Under the pieces are notes generated by a model, which saw only the letters and a list, made by a program, of their open reading frames with translations, ran no database searches and was not told the origin of the DNA. A stretch of 64,000 nt of DNA, from positions 160,001 through 224,000 of the forward strand of contig JBBQUR010000003.1 in assembly GCA_038212275.1 (NCBI GenBank), written 5' to 3'. A program made the position numbers and the translations under genes. This document shows, in pieces, positions 28,221-36,407 of the stretch. How positions within the stretch are numbered: the first letter of the stretch is position 1; each line of letters starts with the position of its first letter. Source of the stretch: Planctomycetota bacterium (GTDB lineage Bacteria > Planctomycetota > B15-G4).

Positions 28221-31200
28221 CTAGCGCCGCGCTTCGCTTGGCTTGCGCGGCGGCGGCGTCGCCGTCTCGGTGAAGCGCGCGAGCAGCCACGCCACGCGCT
28301 GGCTCGGGGTCTTTACGTCGCGCGGCCACGATGCGCGGCAGCGCCCGGGCGAGACGGGCATCGTTTCTCCGGGGCGGAACGGGCCGCGGCGCGCGTAGAG
28401 CTGGTCGTCGCCGATGGTGAGGACCACGCCGCCGAAACCGTCGGCGAGCACGGAGGACAGGCCCGCGAGGCGCACGAGGCGCCGCAGGCGGAACAGCTCG
28501 AGCAGTTCGCTCGCGGGGGCGGGCAGTTTGCCGAAGCGATCGACCATCTCGGTCTCGAGCGCTTCGGACGCTTTGCGGTCCGCGCTGGCGAGGCGCCGCA
28601 GCAGGCTCATGCGCACGGCGGCGTCGGGCACGTACTCGGCGGGCAGGTAGGCGGTCTGGCCGAGGTCGACCTCGATCTCGCCCGGCTCCTCCGGCACGCG
28701 CTGGCCCTTGGCGCGCGACACGGCGGCGCGCAGCAGGCGGCAATACATGTCGTAGCCGACGGTCATGATGTGGCCGCTCTGCTCCGCGCCAAGCAGGTTG
28801 CCCGCGCCGCGCAGCTCGAGGTCGCGCAGCGCGATGGGCAGGCCGCTGCCGAGGCTGCTGTATTCCTCGATGGCCTTCAGGCGTCGCTCGGCATCGCCGG
28901 CGAGGCGCTCCTTCGGCACCAGGAAGTGCGCGTAGGCCTGCACGTTCTCGCGCCCGACGCGGCCGCGCAGCTGGTGCAGATCCGCCAGCCCGAAGTGCTG
29001 GCTGTCCGTGACGATGATCGTGTTGGCGCGCGGGATGTCGATGCCCGACTCGATGATCGCGGTGCACACGAGCACGTCGAGGTCGCCGCGTCCGAAGGCC
29101 TCGATGACGTCGCGCAGCTGCTCCGGCGGCATCTGGCCGTGCGCGACGCCGGCGCGCGCGGTCGGCACCAGGCCGTGCACGCGGTCGGCCAGGCCCTCGA
29201 TGCTCTGCACGCGGTTGTGCAGCACGAAGACCTGCCCGCCGCGCGCGATTTCGTGCATGAGCGCGCGGCGCAGCATGCCGTCCTCGTCGTAGCCCACCTT
29301 GGTGATGACGGCGCGGCGCCCCGGCGGCGGCGTGTGGATGGATGCGATGTCGCGCAGGCCGGACATGGCCATGTGCAGCGTGCGCGGGATGGGCGTGGCC
29401 GAGAGCGTGAGCACGTCCACCGTGGAGCGCAGCTGCTTGAGGCGCTCCTTGTGCGCGACGCCGAAGCGCTGCTCCTCGTCCACGATGACCAGCCCCAGGT
29501 CCGGCAGCTTCACGTTCCTGCCCAGGATGCGGTGCGTGCCGATTAGGATGTCCACCTTGCCCGCGGCCGCGTCCTTCTCGACCTCCTTCAGCTCCTTGGC
29601 GCTGCGGAAGCGCGAGAGCACCTCGATGCGCACCGGCTCCTCGGCCATGCGCCGGCTGAAGGTCTCGTGGTGCTGCTCGGCGAGGATCGTCGTCGGCACG
29701 AGCACCGCCACCTGCTTGCCGCCCAGCACCGCCTTGTAGGCGGCGCGCACCGCGACCTCCGTCTTGCCGAAGCCGACGTCGCCGACGAGCAGCCGGTCCA
29801 TCGGCTGCGCGGACTCCATGTCACCGCGGATGGCGTGCCAGGAGCTGCGCTGGTCGGGCGTGTCCTCGTAGGGAAAGCTGGCCTCGAAGCGCTGCATGAG
29901 CGCGTCGTCCGGCGGGAAGGCGAAGCCCTCGCCGCCGCTGCGCGAGGCCTGCAGCGCGAGCAGCTCGCTGGCGAGGTCCGCCACGGCGCGCGCCACCTTG
30001 TCCTTGCGGTTCTTCCACGTCTTGCCGCCGATGCGGTCCAGCTTCGGGCCGCTGCCGCTCGCGCCGACGAAGCGCTCCACCAGATCGATGCGGCTGGCGG
30101 GCACGTAGAGCTTCGTGTCCTCCGCGAACTCCAGCACGAGGAAGTCCTCCTCGCCTTGCTCGCGCGGCCGGCGCTCCATGCCGGCGTAGCGCGCCACGCC
30201 GTGCGTGAGGTGCACCACGTAATCGCCCGGCTGCAACTCCGCGAGCGAGGACAGCGCCCGCGTGGCGACGACGCGCCGCGCCCGCGCGCGCCGCACCGGC
30301 CGCCGCCCGAGCAGCTCGTGGTGGTGCACGAGCACCGGCCCCGGCGCCGGAAAAGCGAAACCGCTCGCAAGCCGCCCGACGAGAAGCACCGGTGCGCGAC
30401 GTGCCGCGCCGGGGCGAGCAGAGCTTGCCGGCGTGCCCGCTTCGCTGTCCGAACCCAAGCCCGCCGCGGCGAGGCGTTCCGCGAGGCGCTCATTCTCGGC
30501 CTCGCTATCGGAGAGGATGAAGACGGCGCGGCCCTGGTCGCGCCAGTCGGCGAGGCGCTCGGACTCGGGGCGGCGGTCTTCGGCCACGCCGCGCAGTGAG
30601 CAATCGCTCTGTTCGTCGCCGAGGTCCAGAACGAAGAGATCGGCGCCGGGGCGCGTGGCGAGATCCGCGAGTGCGGCGGCCGACTCGCGCGGCGCGATGC
30701 CATGCTCGAAGGCCACTTCCGCGAGGCGGTCCTTCAGCGCCGGCGGATCCAGCAGCACGACGGCCGTGCCCTTCGGCAGTCGCGCGAGCAGGCGTCGCGA
30801 CGGGTCGCGCGGGATGTCGCCGCTGGCGTCGGGCGCGCGCGGCGCACCGCCCAGCGGCAGCTCCACGCGCGAGAGCTGCTCGACGGAGACCTGGCTGTCC
30901 ACGGCGAAGCGCCGCAGTTCCTCGAGCTCCTCGTCGTTGAACTCGAGGCGCACCGGGTGCTGCGCCGCCCACGGATAGACGTCGAGGATGTCGCCGCGCA
31001 GCGAGACCTCGCCCGGCGCGGCGACGAGCGTCACGCGCACGAGGCCCGCGGCCAGCAGCTTGTCGAGCAGAGCCTGCCGGTCGAGGCGCTCGCCGCGGCG
31101 CAGCACGAGCAGCGCGCCGTCGGTGTCGGGCAGCGTCTCGAGCAGCACCGGGCCGGGCACGACGAGCAGGCCGTCCCCGCGCGCGCCGAGCGAGGCCAGC

Positions 31201-31562
31201 GCGACGAGGCGCTCGCTGCGATTGGCCGCCAGCTCGGGGCCCTCGGGCAGGCCTTCTTCCTCGATGGGCAGCAGCGCGCAGGGCGTGCCCGGCAACCATT
31301 GCGAGAGGTCGAGCAGCAGCGACTCGGCGGCCTCTGCGGTCGGCGCGATGATCACGCCGCGCCCGCGCCCGGCGAGCAGTCGCGCGGCGGCCAGCGCGGC
31401 GGCGCTGCCGAAGAGTCCGCCGAGGCGCGCGCGCGCCTCGGGCCGAGCCAGCGCGGCGCGCAGCGGCGGCAGCGCGGCCAGCGTGTCGGACAGCAGCGCG
31501 AAGGCGGCGGTGCGCGCGGCGGCGAGCGCCGGCTCGTGAGCGGGCTCAGTCGGTCGCGTCAT
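28221..31562 (-). CDS. mfd: Transcription-repair coupling factor
   Basis: RGDILDVYP, CarD-like YVVHLTHG, GDVGFGKTEVA, DEEQRFG, SATPIPRT, QLRGRVGR, DLELRGAGNLLG, TRCF domain. Confidence 0.97.
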   Translation of the reverse strand: MTRPTEPAHEPALAAARTAAFALLSDTLAALPPLRAALARPEARARLGGLFGSAAALAAARLLAGRGRGVIIAPTAEAAESLLLDLSQWLPGTPCALLPIEEEGLPEGPELAANRSERLVALASLGARGDGLLVVPGPVLLETLPDTDGALLVLRRGERLDRQALLDKLLAAGLVRVTLVAAPGEVSLRGDILDVYPWAAQHPVRLEFNDEELEELRRFAVDSQVSVEQLSRVELPLGGAPRAPDASGDIPRDPSRRLLARLPKGTAVVLLDPPALKDRLAEVAFEHGIAPRESAAALADLATRPGADLFVLDLGDEQSDCSLRGVAEDRRPESERLADWRDQGRAVFILSDSEAENERLAERLAAAGLGSDSEAGTPASSARPGAARRAPVLLVGRLASGFAFPAPGPVLVHHHELLGRRPVRRARARRVVATRALSSLAELQPGDYVVHLTHGVARYAGMERRPREQGEEDFLVLEFAEDTKLYVPASRIDLVERFVGASGSGPKLDRIGGKTWKNRKDKVARAVADLASELLALQASRSGGEGFAFPPDDALMQRFEASFPYEDTPDQRSSWHAIRGDMESAQPMDRLLVGDVGFGKTEVAVRAAYKAVLGGKQVAVLVPTTILAEQHHETFSRRMAEEPVRIEVLSRFRSAKELKEVEKDAAAGKVDILIGTHRILGRNVKLPDLGLVIVDEEQRFGVAHKERLKQLRSTVDVLTLSATPIPRTLHMAMSGLRDIASIHTPPPGRRAVITKVGYDEDGMLRRALMHEIARGGQVFVLHNRVQSIEGLADRVHGLVPTARAGVAHGQMPPEQLRDVIEAFGRGDLDVLVCTAIIESGIDIPRANTIIVTDSQHFGLADLHQLRGRVGRENVQAYAHFLVPKERLAGDAERRLKAIEEYSSLGSGLPIALRDLELRGAGNLLGAEQSGHIMTVGYDMYCRLLRAAVSRAKGQRVPEEPGEIEVDLGQTAYLPAEYVPDAAVRMSLLRRLASADRKASEALETEMVDRFGKLPAPASELLELFRLRRLVRLAGLSSVLADGFGGVVLTIGDDQLYARRGPFRPGETMPVSPGRCRASWPRDVKTPSQRVAWLLARFTETATPPPRKPSEARR

Positions 31563-33615
31563 CGTCTTCCGGCGCGGCTTCGCTGGCGTTGCTCGCGTCG
31601 CTCGCGTCGCTGGCGTCGCTGGCGTCGCTCGCGTCGCCGAGGTCGCCGAGGTCCCCGCGGTCGCCGGCCTCGGCGGCATCGGCGGCCTCGGCGGCATCGG
31701 GCGCCGTGACGGCCTCGGGCAGCGCGCCTCTCGAAGCGCGCAGGCGGCGCAGGGCCTGCTGCGCCGCGCGCTGCTCGGCCTGGCGTTTGTTGCGACCGGT
31801 GGCCACGGCGAGCGAGACGCCGTTGAGCATCGCGGCCACGGTGAAGACCTTCTCGTGATCGGGGCCGGCCTCGCTCAGCACCTGGTATTGCGGAGCTGCG
31901 CCGAGCGATCCCTGCGTGAAGTGCTGCAGGTCCGATTTGTGATTGCTGCTGCGATGTCGGTCCGAGGCCGCCTCGATGAGCGGCGCGAAGTCCGCGCTGA
32001 TGATGCGGCGCACGGGCGACAGGTCGCCGTCGACGAAGACCGCGCCGAGCACGGCCTCCACGGCATCGGCGACGACGGACGCGGGCGTCCTGCCCGAGGT
32101 GCGGATGCCGGGCCCGAGCGTCAGCAGCGCATCGAGGTCCCAGTGCTCCGCGACCTTGCTGAGCGCATGCCGCGAGACCACGGCGCTCTTGATGCGCGAC
32201 AGCTCGCCCTCCTCGCGCTCCGGGAAGCGGTGGTAGAGATCCTGCGCGATGCACAGGCCCAGTACGGAATCACCCAGGAATTCCAGGCGTTCATTGGGGA
32301 GCTGCGCCTCGCTGCGCGCCGAAGCGTGGGTCAGCGCCATCGCGGCGAGGCACTTGTCGTGGAAGACGTAGCCGAGCACGCGCTCCAGCGCGGCGATGCG
32401 TTCCTCGTCGGCGGGCGTCGGCTCGGGAGCCGGCACCGCGTTGCGCGCGGCGGCGAGCCGGCGCCACTCGTCCATCGCGAAGCGGTCGGTCATGCCGGCG
32501 ACGTAATCACACACGCTTCGGCCGAGGCCGTCGCGCTCGATGCGCCTGCGATAGTCCGCGGGGAGCTGGCCCGGGTGGCCCTGGTAGTGCGTGACGATGA
32601 CGGCGATGGCCTCGCGCGCCGTGGCCGCCGAGCGCAGCACGCGCGGGTGCCGGTAGAAACGCTCCAGCAGGAAGCCCGCGAGCTGCCGATGCTGGGCGCC
32701 GCGCGCCGGCGAGAAGCGCACGAGGCGCCCCGGCTGCGCGGCGACGTCCTCGGCGTTGCGCGCGCCGCACGCCGCGAGGTGCTTGCTGGACTGCGCGACG
32801 ATGTCGTGCAGCGAGGTGCGCACGATGCGCGAGAGCACGGTCTTGCGCGCCGGCGGCACGCTGGCCGACGCGCCGCCCTCGCCGGCCGCGCGCGCCTCCT
32901 CGTCGGCCTGGCGCCAGATGTCCAGGCCCTGCAGATCCTCCTCGCGCAGGATGCCGGCGCGCAGGCCGTCCTCCAGGTCGTGGTGCTGATACGCGGTGCT
33001 GTCCGCGAGGTCCACGCACTGCGCCTCGAGCAGCAGGCCCGCGGAGACCGGCGCGCCGAGGCCCGCATCGCCGCCGTGCTTCAGGATGGAGCGTCGCAGC
33101 GCGTGCGTGAGGTTGAGGCCCTCGCGGTCCGGGTAGGGGCTCTCCAGCACATCGATGATGCGCAGCGCCTGGCGATTGTGATCGAAGGGCACGCCGCAGC
33201 GCTCGTCCAGGATGCGCTCGCCCTCGTGCCCGAACGGCGGGTGGCCGATGTCGTGCACCAGCGCGAGCGCCTCGCCGAGGCCCTCGTTGAGGCGCAGCGC
33301 GAGGCACAGGTAGCGCGCCATCTGCGCGACCTCCAGCGTGTGCGTCAGCCGCGTGCGGTAGAAGTCGCCCTCGTCGATGACGAAGACCTGCGTCTTGTCC
33401 TTCAGCCGCCGGAACGCCCCGCAGTGCACGATGCGATCGCGGTCGCGCACGAAGGCCGGGCGGAATGGGTCAGGCTCTTCCGCGACGGGCCGGGCGTCGT
33501 TGGCGTCGGAGAAGCAGGCGAGCGGCGAGAGCCACTCGTGCTCGCGGCGCTCGGCGTCGGTGCGGACGGAGATCTCGGGCGCTGCGAGATCGCTCCCGGG
33601 ATGGGGCGTGAGCAT
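31546..33615 (-). CDS. Fusion of dGTP triphosphohydrolase (HD family, Dgt) and ribonuclease III (catalytic domain plus dsRBD)
   Basis: N-half: RDRDRIVH..FRRLKDKTQVF, RTRLTHTLEV, HDIGHPPFGH, ADSTAY..HDLED, DYVAGMTD. C-half: ALTHAS, NERLEFLGDSVL, ADAVEAVLGA, KSDLQ, GPDHEKVF, KRQAEQRAA. No stop between them. Confidence 0.92.
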   Translation of the reverse strand: MLTPHPGSDLAAPEISVRTDAERREHEWLSPLACFSDANDARPVAEEPDPFRPAFVRDRDRIVHCGAFRRLKDKTQVFVIDEGDFYRTRLTHTLEVAQMARYLCLALRLNEGLGEALALVHDIGHPPFGHEGERILDERCGVPFDHNRQALRIIDVLESPYPDREGLNLTHALRRSILKHGGDAGLGAPVSAGLLLEAQCVDLADSTAYQHHDLEDGLRAGILREEDLQGLDIWRQADEEARAAGEGGASASVPPARKTVLSRIVRTSLHDIVAQSSKHLAACGARNAEDVAAQPGRLVRFSPARGAQHRQLAGFLLERFYRHPRVLRSAATAREAIAVIVTHYQGHPGQLPADYRRRIERDGLGRSVCDYVAGMTDRFAMDEWRRLAAARNAVPAPEPTPADEERIAALERVLGYVFHDKCLAAMALTHASARSEAQLPNERLEFLGDSVLGLCIAQDLYHRFPEREEGELSRIKSAVVSRHALSKVAEHWDLDALLTLGPGIRTSGRTPASVVADAVEAVLGAVFVDGDLSPVRRIISADFAPLIEAASDRHRSSNHKSDLQHFTQGSLGAAPQYQVLSEAGPDHEKVFTVAAMLNGVSLAVATGRNKRQAEQRAAQQALRRLRASRGALPEAVTAPDAAEAADAAEAGDRGDLGDLGDASDASDASDASDASNASEAAPEDDDATD

Positions 33616-34077
33616 GGGACAGCCTCGTGGGGCTGCCCGCGGCGGGAAGCGGCCCGACATCGCCAGGTCTCGCGCCGCCGCGCCGCATGCGCGTGCCGAG
33701 CGTCAGGAGTCCGGAAGGGTCGCTTGCCGTCATGGGCAGGGCGGACAGGATAGCGCGATCGACGGGGCAGTCGGTGGTCCGGAAAGCCGCGGCAGTCCGG
33801 CCATCGGCAGGCGCAGGTGGCGGATCGCCGCTCGTCAGGTCACCTTCCGGGATGCAGGCATCCTCGATCCAGGGTCGGTGGGTGACGCACGTAGGCGGCA
33901 TCCCGGAGGTGCCCATCATGCGGCGCACCGGCCCTGACTGTGTGGCTGACGACGGCTTGCGCCTGCATGCCGGTGTCTGCGCGCCGGGTGGGCCGCGCGA
34001 GAGGATCCAGGCGCTCGTGCCCGTGCGCTGTCACGCCGGCTTCGGCTCACGCCGGGCGTGCGCTGCCTGCAGCCAGG

Positions 34078-34310
34078 TCCGCGTCTGCGCGTTTCCAGCA
34101 GGTTGGTGCACGTGTTGTAGCCGGCGCGGCTGATCGAGAGTTGTGCGCGCGCGAGGCACGGCAGGAAGTCGGGGCCGAAGGGCCGCAGCACGAACGGGCC
34201 GGTCGGTGGCGCCGAAGTGTTCCCCGAGGCGGGCAAATGCCGGATCGGCGTGCACGAGCACCGCGTCGAAGCCGTCGCGCGGGCTTGCCAGCACGCGCTC
34301 GTCGTCTGCG
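34078..34310 (-). pseudogene. Remnant of a GT28-C-terminal-like predicted glycosyltransferase
   Basis: FDAVLVHADPAFARLGEHF in one frame abuts PFGPDFLPCLARAQLSISRAGYNT in another; these motifs are normally far apart in the protein. Confidence 0.6.
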
Positions 34311-34382
34311 CAGGCCTCCTCCTGCCGCGTCCGCGGAGCGGCTGTCAATGCGATCGGTCGGCCGGTAGGCTCCGCGATCGCC

Positions 34383-35549
34383 GTGGCGCACCGATCCTTT
34401 CGCTACCTCGACAGCCGACTCCGCGTCCACGCGGATGACGAGACTCTGCGCTGGCTGGAAGAGTTCCTGACTCCGTCGTTCGTGGTGGGTGACGACGCAG
34501 GTGACGGTGACGACGCAGGTGACGGTGACGACGCAGGTGACACCGACGGGCCAGCGCGCGCGCACTGGGTCGTTCGACTGCAGCGCGATGCGGCTCGCTA
34601 CGCGGCACTCTCGGCGACCGCGCTTCACGAGGAGCGCCGGCCGCTTCCTGCCTTCGCGCTCGACACCGAGGTGCGCTGCTACCCGGGACACGTGCACGAA
34701 GGCCAGTCGGTGCTCTTCGATGAACAGGACGAATGCCTGATCCGGCTGCACGAGGACGGCGCCGACATCGTCGCGCCCCCGCACTCGGCGGGCTGTCGCC
34801 TGGCGCTGCTGCGCGTCGTGCGCGAGCTCGCCGTGCAGGCGCACCGGCGCGTGAGCGGCGGGCTGTCGCTGCACGCAGCCGCGTTCGCCGTCGGCGAGGA
34901 GGCCGTGATCGTCGCCGGCCCGAAGAACGCCGGCAAGACGACGCTGCTGGTGGACGCGCTGCGCGGCGGTGAGGCTCGCTTCATCGCGAACGACCGGGCC
35001 TTCGTCACGCTCGGCTCTCGCACGACCTCGGTTTCCGGAGTGCCCACGGTGGTGAGCGTCAGACCGGGGACGCTGGAAAAATGCCCGGAGCTGCTGCGCG
35101 GCATCGCGCGCGTGCCGCGCACGTCGCTTCACTCGCTGGAGGAGATGCGGGCTGCGCTTGCGCGGCACGAAGGCCAGGGCGGCGCGGAGCCGCTGCGGAT
35201 CTCTCCCGCGCAGTTTCTCGCGTCGCTGAAGGCGAGCGCCGTGCGCGGCGGCCGTCTCTCCGCGATTCTCGCGTGCGAGATCAGCCAGGACATCCGGGGA
35301 CACCGCCTCGATCGGCTCGCGATCGCCGACGCGACCGCCGCGCTGGAGCGCTGCCGCTACGGCAGCGGCGCGCAGCGCACCGTGTTCTCCGATCTCGCTG
35401 GTCGCGGCGAGCTGCCCGACGACACCCGCCTTGCCGGCAAGCTGGCCGGCCGGATTCCCGTCTTCCGCTGCCGCCTCGGGCGCGGCGCCTGCGCTCCGCC
35501 GGAGGGCGCTTCGGCGCTGCTGCGCGAGGTGCTGCAAGGCGTGTCGTGA
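34383..35549 (+). CDS. HPr-kinase-related P-loop kinase
   Basis: LHAAA, GPKNAGKTT (Walker A) and IANDRAF motifs. Start uncertain. Contains three copies of an 18-bp repeat (GDDAGD) at 34488-34541. Confidence 0.78.
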   Translation: MAHRSFRYLDSRLRVHADDETLRWLEEFLTPSFVVGDDAGDGDDAGDGDDAGDTDGPARAHWVVRLQRDAARYAALSATALHEERRPLPAFALDTEVRCYPGHVHEGQSVLFDEQDECLIRLHEDGADIVAPPHSAGCRLALLRVVRELAVQAHRRVSGGLSLHAAAFAVGEEAVIVAGPKNAGKTTLLVDALRGGEARFIANDRAFVTLGSRTTSVSGVPTVVSVRPGTLEKCPELLRGIARVPRTSLHSLEEMRAALARHEGQGGAEPLRISPAQFLASLKASAVRGGRLSAILACEISQDIRGHRLDRLAIADATAALERCRYGSGAQRTVFSDLAGRGELPDDTRLAGKLAGRIPVFRCRLGRGACAPPEGASALLREVLQGVS

Positions 35550-36286
35550 CGCGGCACGCGCTCGAGTCGGCGCTCGGCCGCTCGCTGGATCCCGTGCGCG
35601 CCGCATTGGGAAGCGAGGTGGTGACATGGACGCCTAACTCCCCGCTTCCGGCGGGCGGCTCGGCGCGGGCGGCGTACCGCGTGGGGCTGGCCGACGGCCG
35701 TAGCGTCAAGCTCAGGCGTCTGCGCGAGCCGAGCCAAGGGCGCCTGATCGCCGGCTGGCTCGCCGAGCTGAACGATGCGCATTTCGCGCGGATTCTGCTG
35801 CACCACGAGGACCTCCTCGTCGAGGAGTGGATCGACGGTGTGCCGCTCATTGCGGATGCCAGTCTGGCGCGCGAGCTGGCCGGGGCGCTCGATCCGGGCG
35901 CGACGGTCGCGGGTCTGTGTCACGGCGACTTCTGCGCGGAAAACATGCTGCTCGCCACGGACGGCCGGTTGCGCGTGATCGACAACGAATCCCTCGCCGT
36001 CGCGCCGATCGATCGCGACGTGGCACGCACCTTCGTGCGCTGGCCGATGAGCGCCGCCGTGCGGGAGGCCTTCCTGGACGGCTATGCGGCCCGGCGCGAT
36101 CCGGCCACGGCGTTGCGGCACGAGCGTTTCTGGCGGCTGTGCGTCTCGGTGCGGAGCGCTCACCTCCGCGCCGTTCGCAAGCGTATGGACGCGACGGCGG
36201 CGCTCGCCGAGATCGCCGCACTGCTGGAGCCGACAGGCCGACCCGCGAACCGCTTTCCGGAGGATGCAGGCGCGTCGTCGGTGTGA
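35546..36286 (+). CDS. Aminoglycoside-phosphotransferase/choline-kinase-fold kinase
   Basis: GTGA overlap with the upstream gene; GGSA, VKLR, EEWIDG, CHGDFCAEN and IDNE motifs. Confidence 0.8.
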   Translation: MTRHALESALGRSLDPVRAALGSEVVTWTPNSPLPAGGSARAAYRVGLADGRSVKLRRLREPSQGRLIAGWLAELNDAHFARILLHHEDLLVEEWIDGVPLIADASLARELAGALDPGATVAGLCHGDFCAENMLLATDGRLRVIDNESLAVAPIDRDVARTFVRWPMSAAVREAFLDGYAARRDPATALRHERFWRLCVSVRSAHLRAVRKRMDATAALAEIAALLEPTGRPANRFPEDAGASSV

Positions 36287-36407
36287 CGATCTCCGCGCGG
36301 CAGCCCGCGTTGCGGATGGCCAGGTGGTGGCTGCAGGGTTTTCCTCTGCGCCTCGCGCCGGCCGAACGCTCGGGCAACCCGGCCGCCTCGACGTCGCAGC
36401 GGTCCAG

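Noticed and set aside
33700..33730. SRP RNA-like GTCAGG...CCGGAAGG motif
   Set aside because: Lacks the following AGCAGC and the long enclosing stem.
34383..36286. Lasso-peptide gene cluster
   Set aside because: No precursor, B1/B2 or asparagine-synthetase-like cyclase gene nearby.
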